Translations under genes and position numbers: made by a program
Notes under the pieces: model-generated
The model's input: only the letters and a program-made list of their open reading frames with translations
Database searches by the model: none
What the model was told of the DNA's origin: nothing
From: a bacterium
GTDB lineage: Bacteria > Patescibacteriota > Saccharimonadia > UBA4664
Assembly (NCBI GenBank): GCA_016699105.1
Contig: CP064960.1
Coordinates: forward strand, 747,696-811,695
Direction of reading: 5' to 3'
DNA length: 64,000 bases
In this document: positions 53,049 to 63,350 of the stretch, piece by piece
How the letters are laid out: every line of letters begins with the position of its first letter
Position numbering within the stretch: position 1 is the stretch's first letter

Positions 53049-53624
53049 ATGGATTTAACGCAGGCCGTTCTGGGGTCTCTCGATCAGTCGACTCGGCGTC
53101 GGATTGCCGATTCCAGCGGGGCTTCACCAGATCAAGTATCGCAAGTGATTGCGGCTGGTCTGCCTTTGATTGTCGGTAGTATGGCCAAAAATGCCAGTAC
53201 CAAAGACGGTGCGAGCCAAATAGATGGTGCATTGAGTAAAAAGCATGATGGCTCCTTACTTGATGATCTGTCTGGGCTGACCGATGGCGTAACTATCGAC
53301 GACGGCACCAAAATATTGGGTCATGTATTAGGGCAAAACAAGGATATAGCGGTCACGAAGGTAGCCGAAAAATCGGGTACATCACCAAATGCAACGGCCA
53401 CAATATTGGCGACATTGGCACCTGTTGTCATGGCTCAATTGGGCAAGCAAAAAGCTACTGGCAAACTAACAGCTCAAGATGTGGGTAAGGTTTTAACGAG
53501 TCAAAAAGGGGCTAAAGGCACCGCTCTCATGGATCTTGCCATCAAGTTTTTTGACAAGAATGGTGATGGCAGTGTGCTCGATGACGTCATCGGGATGTTT
53601 TTTGGGTCGAAAAAGGCGAAATAG
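53049..53624 (+). CDS. DUF937 (YidB-like) protein
   Basis: Repeated LDD...GDGS segments. Confidence 0.55.
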   Translation: MDLTQAVLGSLDQSTRRRIADSSGASPDQVSQVIAAGLPLIVGSMAKNASTKDGASQIDGALSKKHDGSLLDDLSGLTDGVTIDDGTKILGHVLGQNKDIAVTKVAEKSGTSPNATATILATLAPVVMAQLGKQKATGKLTAQDVGKVLTSQKGAKGTALMDLAIKFFDKNGDGSVLDDVIGMFFGSKKAK

Positions 53625-53638
53625 CTATCATAAATAGT

Positions 53639-53674
53639 AAGAGCCGGCTTCCCGTTCACGGGAAGCCGGCTCTT
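53639..53674. terminator. bidirectional intrinsic terminator (perfect 16-bp inverted repeat AAGAGCCGGCTTCCCG/CGGGAAGCCGGCTCTT)
   Basis: It sits between the convergent genes 53049..53624 and 53682..54428. Confidence 0.6.
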
Positions 53675-53681
53675 GGTCTGA

Positions 53682-54428
53682 CTACTGGCCAGATGAACCA
53701 ATTTCGAGCTGAGCACCAACACTAGACGAATCAATTGCCAGTACTAGCGGCGTACCGACCAGGGCAGCTGCCAGTTGCGGGTCCAAAGCCGTTGGACTTG
53801 TGCCCAAAATTGCAGATGCCTCGACCAGAGCTGTGACTCGTTCGGCAGATTGGCGCGCTGTTTGCAGCAACCGCGCGGTATCTATCGTGGGACTGCAGTC
53901 ACTGAGAGCGAATGTAATGATTTGCAAGCCCCATTGCTTGGCTTCTATTTGCAATGCATCCAATAGTTCTTTGTCGATGGCTTCGCGATTCGAGACGACG
54001 TCTTCGTAGACTTTCTCTGAAATTACGCGCCTGAGAATAACCAGACCCATGTCGTTGGTTGTCTGGTTGACTCCGGCTGAAGTCTCAAAGAGTGCGTGAT
54101 ATAGATCGTCGGCTGTATCAATTACTCGCGCTAGAATAACAGCACTGACATTCAAGACTGATGCGTCCTTAAGCGTCAGAACCTGCGATGGCAAATTGAT
54201 TGTCCGCGTTCGGACATGAATCACAGCGAGCCGATTGATTCTGGGTATGAACATGGTAAATCCGGGTGTTTTGACGACCAGTTTCCCTTGTCGACGCACG
54301 ACTTTTTCGAACCGTAACAGTAGTGCCCGTTCGCCTTCATGGACAAAGCGAATACTATTGACAGCTCCCCAGACGCCGCCAGCTATCGGAAGGAGTAACG
54401 GTAAGACTCCTACAATTGCTTCGATCAT
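53682..54428 (-). CDS. SPFH/band-7 domain protein (stomatin/prohibitin-like)
   Basis: N-terminal TM plus the SPFH core (VLTLKDASVLNVSAVILARV). Confidence 0.75.
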   Translation of the reverse strand: MIEAIVGVLPLLLPIAGGVWGAVNSIRFVHEGERALLLRFEKVVRRQGKLVVKTPGFTMFIPRINRLAVIHVRTRTINLPSQVLTLKDASVLNVSAVILARVIDTADDLYHALFETSAGVNQTTNDMGLVILRRVISEKVYEDVVSNREAIDKELLDALQIEAKQWGLQIITFALSDCSPTIDTARLLQTARQSAERVTALVEASAILGTSPTALDPQLAAALVGTPLVLAIDSSSVGAQLEIGSSGQ

Positions 54429-54480
54429 GATCGCCTACTTCCAGATATGTCGATGTGCGAATTGAACGAAGTTATATTAC

Positions 54481-54939
54481 TTATTTAATTGAATTAATGC
54501 AATCAATATACTTGCGGGTGCGAATTTGATAATCGGTCCAGGCATCGGTGCGAGCTAAATATTGCGAAACAGTCATGAGCTCGTAGCTAACCCCTTCGTT
54601 GCCGAATTTGATTCGTTCGGCAGCGCTTGCTGGCAGTTGGGCAACTATATGATAACCGAAGAAACTAGGGTTTTGCTGGCCTTGGTAACGTCGGCTATAG
54701 ACGATGTCTTCAGGTTTGATGGTTAACCCAAATTCTTCTTTGACTTCGCGGGCATACGTCTCGAAGGGCGATTCGTCGTCATTGCGGCCACCGCCAGGCA
54801 GATCAAGTAAATTTTGGGCGACGGGAGCATCGGCGCTGCGGCGGTAAACAATAGTCTTATCCCCTATCATGACGAGACCTTTGGCGCCACTAAAGCTGTG
54901 GTCATTTGTGAAGGTTTTCGAGTCTATCAAGCTTGTCAT
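54481..54939 (-). CDS. NUDIX hydrolase
   Basis: Nudix box GGGRNDDESPFETYAREVKEEFG. Confidence 0.7.
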   Translation of the reverse strand: MTSLIDSKTFTNDHSFSGAKGLVMIGDKTIVYRRSADAPVAQNLLDLPGGGRNDDESPFETYAREVKEEFGLTIKPEDIVYSRRYQGQQNPSFFGYHIVAQLPASAAERIKFGNEGVSYELMTVSQYLARTDAWTDYQIRTRKYIDCINSIK

Positions 54940-55377
54940 TTAATCAATTAAATCCATTGCTTTGAGACGCGGCAATGTATCATGAGCCATGATAGAACCC
55001 AATTCGAGATTGGGATCGAAATCAGCATTTATCCATCTTAGCTCTGCTATCTCATTGGCGGGAGCGATATTACCCTTCCAGGCATTCACAAGGTATACCT
55101 GCATATGAACAATTCGATGTGTTTGACCGGCAGCCGGAGCGTTTGATTCATGGAGGAATTCTAGATCACGAGGTTTGACTTGTATTTGTAATTCTTCCGC
55201 AAGTTCTCGAATGAGAGCTTGGATGGCTGATTCGCCGGCTTCAATTTTACCGCCCGGCTGGATAAAAATATCTTTGTGGTGCGGTCTGACGATCAGTGCT
55301 TGGCGGTTTTGGATAATTACGCCGGCTGATTTGAAGATATCTACATCTGACATAATTGAATTGTACCAATAAAACAT
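54940..55377 (-). CDS. NUDIX hydrolase (MutT-like)
   Basis: Nudix box GGKIEAGESAIQALIRELAEEL. Confidence 0.7.
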   Translation of the reverse strand: MFYWYNSIMSDVDIFKSAGVIIQNRQALIVRPHHKDIFIQPGGKIEAGESAIQALIRELAEELQIQVKPRDLEFLHESNAPAAGQTHRIVHMQVYLVNAWKGNIAPANEIAELRWINADFDPNLELGSIMAHDTLPRLKAMDLID

Positions 55378-55426
55378 AAAACCCGCCGGATAAGGGCGGG
55401 TAGTATGTTATTTTGATGAACTGTTG

Positions 55427-55849
55427 TTACTGCAGTTCGACAGTGGCGCCAGCGGCTTCCAGCTTGGACTTGGCGTCTTCTGCGTCAGCTTTGTTGACGT
55501 TTTCTTTGACGGGCTTGGGGGCGCCATCAACGAGGGCTTTGGACTCAGCCAAACCGAGACCGGTGATTTCACGAACAGCCTTGATGACGTTGATCTTCTG
55601 GTCACCGGCAGCTGCTAGGACGACGGTAAAGGTCGACTTTTCTTCAGCTTTGGCACCAGCGTCGTCGCCAGCGGCGGGAGCGGCGGCTACAGCCATAGGA
55701 GCAGCAGCGGATACGCCGTAGTGCTTCTCGAGGACTTTGACGAGCTCAGACAGCTCAAGTACGCTCAGTTTGTCAATTGTTTCCACCAACTTTTCAAATT
55801 TGGCGGGGATTTCTACTTTTTCTTCAGTTTTCTCTGCAACTTCTGCCAT
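55427..55849 (-). CDS. rplL: 50S ribosomal protein L7/L12
   Basis: Ala-rich hinge; C-terminal domain [26 protein letters not shown]. Confidence 0.9.
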   Translation of the reverse strand: MAEVAEKTEEKVEIPAKFEKLVETIDKLSVLELSELVKVLEKHYGVSAAAPMAVAAAPAAGDDAGAKAEEKSTFTVVLAAAGDQKINVIKAVREITGLGLAESKALVDGAPKPVKENVNKADAEDAKSKLEAAGATVELQ

Positions 55850-55880
55850 GAGAATAAATTCCTTGTGGTTATCTTACTAA

Positions 55881-56410
55881 TTACGCTTTGGTTTCTTGCA
55901 GCGCGTTCAGCAAGTTGATAATACTGCGGACATTGCCAGTCATGACTCCTATGAAGCCAGAAAGCGGAGCGGCAATCGTACCGACGACCTGGGCAAGTAA
56001 TTGCTCGCGGGTTGGTAGATTGGCCAAGGCTTTGACCTGGTCAGGAGTAAGGACTTGACCGTCGCCAGTAATGGCGCCAACAATTTCTAGCGCGTCATGC
56101 TTTTGGCATATTGGAAGATGAGACGAGCCGGAGCTATTTCGTCATCAAATCCCATTGCTAAAGCCATGGGGCCAGAAAAGGTTTTGGGGTCGACGTTTTC
56201 GAGGTTTTTGGTGCTAGCAGCAGCTAGACGCAAGAGAGTATTCTTGGCGACCCGGTAGGTGATACCGGCTTCACGTAATACTTCGCGCAATTCCTCAACT
56301 TCGGTAACGGTCAGACCACGGTAGTCGGTCATGACGGCCAGTTTGAGGCGACCAAGTTCGTCAGTCAGCGTACCGACTGCTTTTTCTTTGGCTGCTCGAG
56401 AAATGGCCAT
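55881..56410 (-). CDS. rplJ: 50S ribosomal protein L10 (apparent frameshift near 56100)
   Basis: MAISRAAKEKAVGTLTDELGRLKLAVMTDYRGLTVTEVEELR N-terminus. The C-terminal helix is in an adjacent frame. Confidence 0.8.
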
Positions 56411-56551
56411 GTGACTTACCTTTCTCTATTAAAAAATCTGGGTGCACACCACGCCAGACATTGGTAGAAACTGATGAAAGTTTTTTACCTCGGTAGCAGA
56501 TTAAGCTTTGGGCATGCCCGCTGCAGCTACTGTCTTGGGTGAACGAGACCC

Positions 56552-56580
56552 ATTGTATCTGTTGAACGAAAGTATGTCAA
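56552..56580 (-). promoter_or_regulatory. near-consensus sigma-70 promoter TTGACA-17-TACAAT upstream of the rplJ leader
   Basis: Hexamers at 56575-56580 and 56552-56557 on the minus strand, about 140 nt upstream of the rplJ ATG. Confidence 0.5.
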
Positions 56581-56912
56581 GCTTTGCCTGGGTGCGGAGA
56601 TGTAATATGCCTTCGTAAGGTTTGTCTCGTATGGGATACATCGTTATTGATGGCAAACAGGTCTTCGTTGAGCATATTAACGATGCGCTTGTGCTCAGCT
56701 CTGTTATTCAAAATGTGGCTATCGAGTCTATTGCTCAGACTTGATGAAATACTTTTCAAATCTGTGACTTCAGATTTCAATTCTGTTATATTCGCATTCA
56801 GCTGTACGACATCAAGATGGACGGTATTGAGTCCGACTTCAAGACGGGAGGCAACACGGCCGACAATAGTTTCAATATCTTTGCGTATTTCGGCTTGGTT
56901 TAGATTTCCCAT
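56577..56912 (-). CDS. hypothetical coiled-coil protein
   Basis: ORF of 111 aa with a heptad-like pattern. Confidence 0.35.
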   Translation of the reverse strand: MGNLNQAEIRKDIETIVGRVASRLEVGLNTVHLDVVQLNANITELKSEVTDLKSISSSLSNRLDSHILNNRAEHKRIVNMLNEDLFAINNDVSHTRQTLRRHITSPHPGKA

Positions 56913-56962
56913 GCGCCCAATTATAAACCGAACAAGGGGCGAACGTCAATCTTGAATTGCTG

Positions 56963-58486
56963 CTAAATATTAGTTACAACAGTCTCAGCTCCCGACAAAT
57001 CCAATCCTGCTTCCAAGGCATTTTGGACGGAAATCATTAAGGGTTGAGGTAGCTCGGATATGCGAAACCAGCTCCATTCTTGCAATTTATAGGGTTCCAT
57101 CACTTTCGGTTCACCTATAGGACAGTCAGCCATCAAGGCAAAGGTAAAATAATGCTTTTTGTTTTGTGCAAACAGGTCATTGGTGACTGCTCCCAACCGC
57201 CAAGCTTCAATTGGTATAGTGAGGTCGGTTTCTTCGCGGACTTCACGGCTGGCGGCTTGGGCCGGCGATTCGCCAAACTCGATGTGCCCACCCGGTGGCG
57301 CCCAGACGCCTGATGCATGACCGGTGGTGCGAAATCCCATTAAGACGCGATTGTCACGAATGAGGTAGGTACCAACGCCGATTCCGGGGTGCTGCGCTGT
57401 TTTGATGCTATTCATTTCGCCAGTCCCCAATAAATTTATAAGTTTTGGTGTTGTGCCAATGTGAGCCGGAAAATTGGCAATGCGGATATGTGAATTTCTT
57501 TGGTGGGCATAACCTTTTCCAACCATGTGACCTACAGCTGATAAGCTATCGAGTAGCTGGCCATTGTTGCCGGTAATTTCGGCAACAATGACGGTAGATG
57601 ATCGAAATACAGGATTGGTCACGAGCGGGCGCAAATGAGGGTGAGTTTCCAGAGCTGTATATATCGCAGCTGCTTGCTGATCAATTTGGGAACGAATGGT
57701 TGTCAGTCCAATGTCGAGCATATCGCTGGCTACCCGCCCAAGTAGGTAAATACCGAGACCGTTTGGTGTTTCGGGGGTTTGGTGCTTGGCGGCTGATTTG
57801 GCTAGACTAAGGAAACTGTGATAGCTACCAATAACTTGACCAGCTGCTAATAGTCGTGAAGCTGTGTCGAGAGCTCGGGGACTAGCAATGAGTACGCCCA
57901 GCCCGGAGGGCAGGCCAAAGGCTTTTTGGACCGAGAAGAATGCCAAGTCGGTTTGGTATAAATCGAGGCCGGTTAAGGGAGCTGAAGACACCATATCGAC
58001 AGCTAGCAATGGTTTTGGGTAACGACTGTGGAGCCGGTTGATTGTTCCCACATCGAGTGCGACGCCGGTGCTTGTTTCGTTGTGCGTGACGGCAATTAGT
58101 TCGACATCATCAGGTACGACTAATTGGTCAAGATCTGGTCTACTGCCCCACTCGGCCGTAGATCTTATGACGGTTTTGCCAAGCTGCTCCGCTATGGTGG
58201 CGAATTTTGCTGAAAAAGCGCCCATTTCGATATGGTAAGAAGTGGTGGAGACGGTATTTTGGATAATGCGCTCCATAGCTTCGGTGGCACTGGCTAAAAA
58301 CCAGACATGGTAGTCAGTTGGGATCTCGAGCAGGAGACGCAAATTATTTTCCGTATATGTCAGCATGGAACTAAATTCTGGGCTGCGGTGCGACCAGCCG
58401 GCAACACCATCAGACAGAGCATCGGCAATAAATGATTCAATCTTGGGGTATGGCTGTGAGGGTCCAGGGTTGAAATTAATCGTCAT
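56963..58486 (-). CDS. serC: phosphoserine aminotransferase fused to a C-terminal NUDIX domain
   Basis: FNPGPS, SHRS and the PLP-Lys region VQKAFGLPSGLGVL (residues 1-360), then Nudix box GGHIEFGESPAQAASREVREETDL (residues 380-507). A single uninterrupted ORF. Confidence 0.75.
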   Translation of the reverse strand: MTINFNPGPSQPYPKIESFIADALSDGVAGWSHRSPEFSSMLTYTENNLRLLLEIPTDYHVWFLASATEAMERIIQNTVSTTSYHIEMGAFSAKFATIAEQLGKTVIRSTAEWGSRPDLDQLVVPDDVELIAVTHNETSTGVALDVGTINRLHSRYPKPLLAVDMVSSAPLTGLDLYQTDLAFFSVQKAFGLPSGLGVLIASPRALDTASRLLAAGQVIGSYHSFLSLAKSAAKHQTPETPNGLGIYLLGRVASDMLDIGLTTIRSQIDQQAAAIYTALETHPHLRPLVTNPVFRSSTVIVAEITGNNGQLLDSLSAVGHMVGKGYAHQRNSHIRIANFPAHIGTTPKLINLLGTGEMNSIKTAQHPGIGVGTYLIRDNRVLMGFRTTGHASGVWAPPGGHIEFGESPAQAASREVREETDLTIPIEAWRLGAVTNDLFAQNKKHYFTFALMADCPIGEPKVMEPYKLQEWSWFRISELPQPLMISVQNALEAGLDLSGAETVVTNI

Positions 58487-59723
58487 TTAGTAGAGCAGCC
58501 TCAGTTTGATAGTCTCGGGGATTTGGACAAGAGCTCGACGGACAGTTTGGCTCGAAGTCTGGCTTAGATCGGTAATAACATAGCCTATCTCACCGGACGT
58601 TCCTAAGAATTGACCAATAATATTGGCACCAGTAGCTGCGAGTATGTTATTAATTTTAGCAAGCACGCCCGGCACGTTACGGTGGATATGTAAGAGGCGG
58701 TGGCTTCCCTGTTGGGGCGGCAAAGACACATTGGGTAGACTGACACCGAGACTGGAGTCACCGTGGTTGACAAAATTGAGAAATTTATCAGCGACAAACT
58801 GGCCAATGGCGGCTTGGGCTTCCATGGTACTGCCGCCAACATGGGGCGTGAGAATAACGTTGGGCAGTCCTTGTAACGGTGAACTAAGTCGACCGCCTTT
58901 GTCGGGTTCATCTGGATATACGTCCACCGCCGCTCCGGCCAAATGCTGGTTAGCTATTGCAGCTGCGAGGGCAGATTGATCGACCACGTGACCGCGGCTC
59001 AAGTTGAGAAAGTAACTGCCACGTTTCATACGGTCAAATTCGGAAGGGCCAATTAAATCGGCATTAGCCGGGCGTCCATCGACATGGATTGAGACAACAT
59101 CAGCTAAAGATAGGAGTTTGGCGAGGCTCTCTACTGGTTGGGCATTTCCCAAAGCTAATTTGGGCACCAGATCGAAAATCGTACTTTCATTCCGAGAGAT
59201 TCAGCCAGAACCGAAAGCTGACTGCCAATGTTGCCGTAGCCAACGATACCTAAAGTTTTACCTCGAAGTTCATGACTGCCTTCGGCGGACTTATGCCACT
59301 CTCCCGCGTGTGTCCGTGCCGATAGCAACACGGTGCGCCGGATGAGCATAATCATTTCGCCTAAAGCTAGTTCTACTACGCTGCGAGTATTGGAAAAAGG
59401 GGCATTGAAGACGGCTATACCTTGCTTGGCAGCTGTCGTCAGGTCAATTTGATTGGTTCCAATACAAAATGCTCCAATTGCCAATAGTCTACGGGCGTTG
59501 GTGAGTACCTCAGTGGAAACTTTGGTGCCAGATCTGATGCCAAGTAAATGAACGTCGGCGATGGCTGTGGCGAGCTCGGTTGGGCTGAGCGATCCACGGT
59601 GGGTTTCGATTTGGTAGCCTTCAGCTTGGAAGATATCGATGGCCGTTCGGTGAATATTTTCCAACAGCAGTACTTTGATACGGTCTTTGGGGAATGAAGT
59701 TCTAGTGGGCTGGGAGGTCATGG
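58487..59723 (-). CDS. serA: D-3-phosphoglycerate dehydrogenase (apparent frameshift near 59160)
   Basis: NAD motif GIVGYGNIGSQ, catalytic His region and C-terminal ACT domain. The two halves are in adjacent frames. Confidence 0.8.
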
Positions 59724-60968
59724 TAGTACCAATTGAGATGCTCAACGATATGTTTAACCTGGGCGGATACGGTAGAGTCACTGGCTCGGCCTTGAGCTAG
59801 GTCACCAATGAGTTGTCCGATCTCACCAGCTTGTCCGACGGTTAATCCGCGGCTGGTTAGCGCGGCAGTGCCAAAGCGCATGCCACTCGGCTTCCAAGCT
59901 GATTTGGTGTCAAATGGTAGCATATTGCGGTTGGTGATGATACCCACGGATTCGAGCGCTTTTTGAAAAGCCAGACTATCGAGCTGGTTAGGCAGTTTCG
60001 CTAGACATAAATGATTTTGACTGGGGCTGACAATATCAAGCCCAGCTGCTGCCAGGCCTTGCTCAAGTGCTTTGGTGGTATCGATGACGGCTTGCGAATA
60101 GGTGATAAAATCACGGCCGTCAGGATACTGATCAACTCCGTTGATCTCCAGGAGCGATTGACCGACGGCGGCAATGGCATGGAGATGGGGTCCGCCGTGG
60201 GTACCGGGAAAGATGGTTTTGTTAATGATGCCGATATGCTCTTTTTGGCAAACAACATGGCACTGCGGGGTCCGCGCATGGTTTTGTGAGTGGTCATTGA
60301 TACGAAATCGGCACCGTTGGCTCCAGCTTGGAAGGGTGTGTCGTGGAGGCCCGCTGCCACCAAGCCGTTGATGTGAGCAATGTCTGCCAGTACTATCGCT
60401 CCGGCATCGTGGGCGGCTTTGGTCAGTTTGGTAAAACGGTAGGCTCGGGGATAGGCGCTATACCCAAGAATAACCAGCTTGGGCTGATGAGCTTTAAGTT
60501 TCGCTAAATAATCGGCTTCGTCAATCTCAAACGTACCTGGTTCGGTCTCGGTGACGTCATAATTGACCAGTTTGAAAAATTTCAAAAAATTGGACGTGGC
60601 GTGTAAATGAGATAAATGCCCCCATTGGCCAAATTTAAGCTCATGATGGTATCGCCGGCTTCGAGCATGGCTAAAAAGACTACAGCATTGGCAGGTGATC
60701 CGCTTAAAACCTGAAGGTTGACTTCGTATTCGCCGGTTTGGTCGTAAGCGGCCAAAGCTTGGCTGGCTACAAACGTTTCCATTTCGTCGGCCAAGACATT
60801 TCCGGCATAGTAGCGTTTGCCGGGAGTACCTTCGGCGTATTTATTCATCCAGACGCTGCCGAGTAACTCGAGGACTTTTGGCGAAGGATAGTTTTCACTG
60901 GCGATTAAATTCAAGCTGTCACGTTGGCGGGCATATTCACGTTTAGTCAGGTCAAACAGTTGGTTCAT
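59702..60968 (-). CDS. glyA: serine hydroxymethyltransferase (at least 2 apparent frameshifts)
   Basis: SENYPSPKVLELLGS, PLP-Lys TTHKTMRGPR and a C-terminal segment with GTAALTSRG, read across three ORFs. Confidence 0.8.
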
Positions 60969-60999
60969 GACGAATTATCCCTTATACCAATTGGTCTTA

Positions 61000-62646
61000 T
61001 CATATCACGGACGATACGAGACGACTGACAGTTACGGTTTGGGGTATTTGGCGCGGATGACATGGGTACCGTCGTGATGGGGCACCAGTTCCATATCGGC
61101 GAATAACAAGTGGGTCTAAGCTTGATAACACGCGGTAGACGTTGACGGCCATTTGTCTAATTTCAGTTTCGGCGTGTTCATTGGCACGCATATTGATAAT
61201 ATGCCGCCAGGCTCGAACATTGCCGGTGACCATGGCAAATGTCTCAGTATCGTTAGGCAGCTTGGAGCGGGCAGCTTGTTGGACTTTTTTACGCAAATCG
61301 GTTTTTTGATCGGCTGACATAATCTGATTACCCGTCGATTGCATCGCTAGGAGACGCTCGGTAGTGACGGCATAACGCTTGGCGGCATGATCGATGTCGG
61401 CTTCAAACTCGGCGTGTAATCGGGGATCGGCAGCATATTCTGGGCGCTCGACGAACCTCAAGACTTTGCCAGAGACATACCGTTGTGACAGTTGAGAGTA
61501 TGCCATACCAGCGCGGTGACGGACGAGCTCATGCGTTAAGCTGCGTGAAATACCGTAGATAAATAAACTGTAATTGGCATGTTCGAGGACAGATCCATGA
61601 CCGCTCGACAATATGTTGTCGATGTAACGATCTGCGCGGTCGTTCATGGTGCGCTTGGGGCCGTAACTGGCGTAGCAAGCTTGGCCAGCCGTCTTGATGA
61701 GTTGAGTGGCGTCAGGAAGCGGTGTGGGATCGTCGATATATTGGGGAAAATCGAGTTCGGGTGCAAAACCTTCGAGAAAGGGCTTCAATCCACTAACATC
61801 AACACGAGGCGCTGCCGTCATGACGACGCCGGGCTGACGTAAATAAGGTGTACCGGCGCCAGTTTGAAATGCGGTTGCGTGAAGAGCCGGGTACCCTAAT
61901 TGCGAGGTGGTAATTGGCGTCAAGCCAGCTTGGTTAGGGCTACCGGAGTGGTAGCTAGGGCTTGATAGTGGCATTGGCGTTTTCTCCTCTGGTCGCTGGG
62001 ATATTAATTTTTCGACATGTGACCATATGGCGCGATTAACGGTATCGATATTGGCGGTTGCATCAATGACGGGGTAGTGACGGTCTGCAGCTTCAGACAG
62101 ATATCCCTGTCGAGCTCGCTCATAGAATTCCGTTTCTAGATTGTCGAGCCTATCTCCAGCTCCACGGTCAGCTTTGCGTTGGGCAAATGATGACGGTGGG
62201 CCATCAAGTATAATCACCAAGTCCGGTGTTGTATCTGTTACAGTAAAATCACAAATAGTCCGGATTACATCGACCGGGATGTCTTCTTGGCGACCGTAAC
62301 CTTGATAGGCAATCGTAGTGAGGAAGCTGCGGTCAGCGACTACCCAGATACCTTGTTCGAGCGTACGGTTGATGTGCTCCATCAATCCAGAGCGAGCGGC
62401 ATTAAATAACAATACTTCGGTGCGGGCTGAAATCTCGTATTGAGGGTCAAGTAATATCTTGCGCACAGCGCGGCCGACGGCGTCTCCAGCAGGTTCGCGG
62501 ACACTTTTAGCTTCGATACTGGCAGCCCGTAATTGTTCAAGCACGAGATCACGCTGAGTGGTTTTACCTGAGCCATCAATACCTTCGATAATAATATATT
62601 TGCCACGCTGATGGCCTTGCGGTGTCATAACGGTAGTGGCTCCCAA
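61000..62646 (-). CDS. thymidylate kinase fused to FAD-dependent thymidylate synthase (Tmk-ThyX)
   Basis: The N-terminal part has the P-loop IIIEGIDGSGKTTQ and DRS motif VADRSF (Tmk). After a Pro/Ser-rich linker comes the ThyX signature RHRAGMAYSQLSQRY (RHRxxSxxxxSxRY). Confidence 0.75.
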   Translation of the reverse strand: MGATTVMTPQGHQRGKYIIIEGIDGSGKTTQRDLVLEQLRAASIEAKSVREPAGDAVGRAVRKILLDPQYEISARTEVLLFNAARSGLMEHINRTLEQGIWVVADRSFLTTIAYQGYGRQEDIPVDVIRTICDFTVTDTTPDLVIILDGPPSSFAQRKADRGAGDRLDNLETEFYERARQGYLSEAADRHYPVIDATANIDTVNRAIWSHVEKLISQRPEEKTPMPLSSPSYHSGSPNQAGLTPITTSQLGYPALHATAFQTGAGTPYLRQPGVVMTAAPRVDVSGLKPFLEGFAPELDFPQYIDDPTPLPDATQLIKTAGQACYASYGPKRTMNDRADRYIDNILSSGHGSVLEHANYSLFIYGISRSLTHELVRHRAGMAYSQLSQRYVSGKVLRFVERPEYAADPRLHAEFEADIDHAAKRYAVTTERLLAMQSTGNQIMSADQKTDLRKKVQQAARSKLPNDTETFAMVTGNVRAWRHIINMRANEHAETEIRQMAVNVYRVLSSLDPLVIRRYGTGAPSRRYPCHPRQIPQTVTVSRLVSSVI

Positions 62647-63320
62647 CGGTTATCTTTGAAGGCACGTGGCAACATCTGTTCGGGGCTCCAAGTGCGAATT
62701 AATGATGAAAGATCGGTACCTCCTTGATACTTGCCGATAGTACCATAATGACGTTCAACAGGGCCGGTTTCGTGAAATACTATTTGAGCCACACGCTCCC
62801 CCACCGGCAATGGCACCGATTCACGTTGATTGAGATTGTATATTTCCATGGTCCAACGGTTAATATAGCCAGGATCACCCCACCCTGCATCGAAACAAAC
62901 TGATATACCGTTTCGACCCCAACTTGACCGGGATTTCATTTCGGTTGTACCGGGCGGATTAATTCCAATAAACTCGTGGGTATGTGCTAAAACACGCTCG
63001 CCAGGTCTGAGTACTATGATCGGCTGATTGTCGGGAATGCCACGAAAAAGGCCGACGGCCATATTTAGCGCACCAGTCGGCGTGTTTGAGCGCGCGCAGT
63101 GGTCCGTTGAAATAGCGTTCGACATCTTCGGCGTCAAAGGATTATACGTGTCGCGATTGTCCATGCGCTCGGTGGTGTAAAACCACTCGCCAAGCGTGAC
63201 GTCGACACTTGAACCACGAATATGATCCATATTTAATGGATGGATGACAATTTGACCGGTTTTAAGGGCGGATTTAATGTCTGAATCACTGTAAACCATA
63301 TCTGGTACAAATCGTATCAC
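62625..63320 (-). CDS. dcd: dCTP deaminase
   Basis: SRSSWGRNGISV and IDAGWGDPGYIN-like motifs of the dUTPase/Dcd fold. Confidence 0.65.
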   Translation of the reverse strand: MIRFVPDMVYSDSDIKSALKTGQIVIHPLNMDHIRGSSVDVTLGEWFYTTERMDNRDTYNPLTPKMSNAISTDHCARSNTPTGALNMAVGLFRGIPDNQPIIVLRPGERVLAHTHEFIGINPPGTTEMKSRSSWGRNGISVCFDAGWGDPGYINRWTMEIYNLNQRESVPLPVGERVAQIVFHETGPVERHYGTIGKYQGGTDLSSLIRTWSPEQMLPRAFKDNRWEPLPL

Positions 63321-63350
63321 ATCTGATCGTCAAACGTCCAAATAAGTTTG

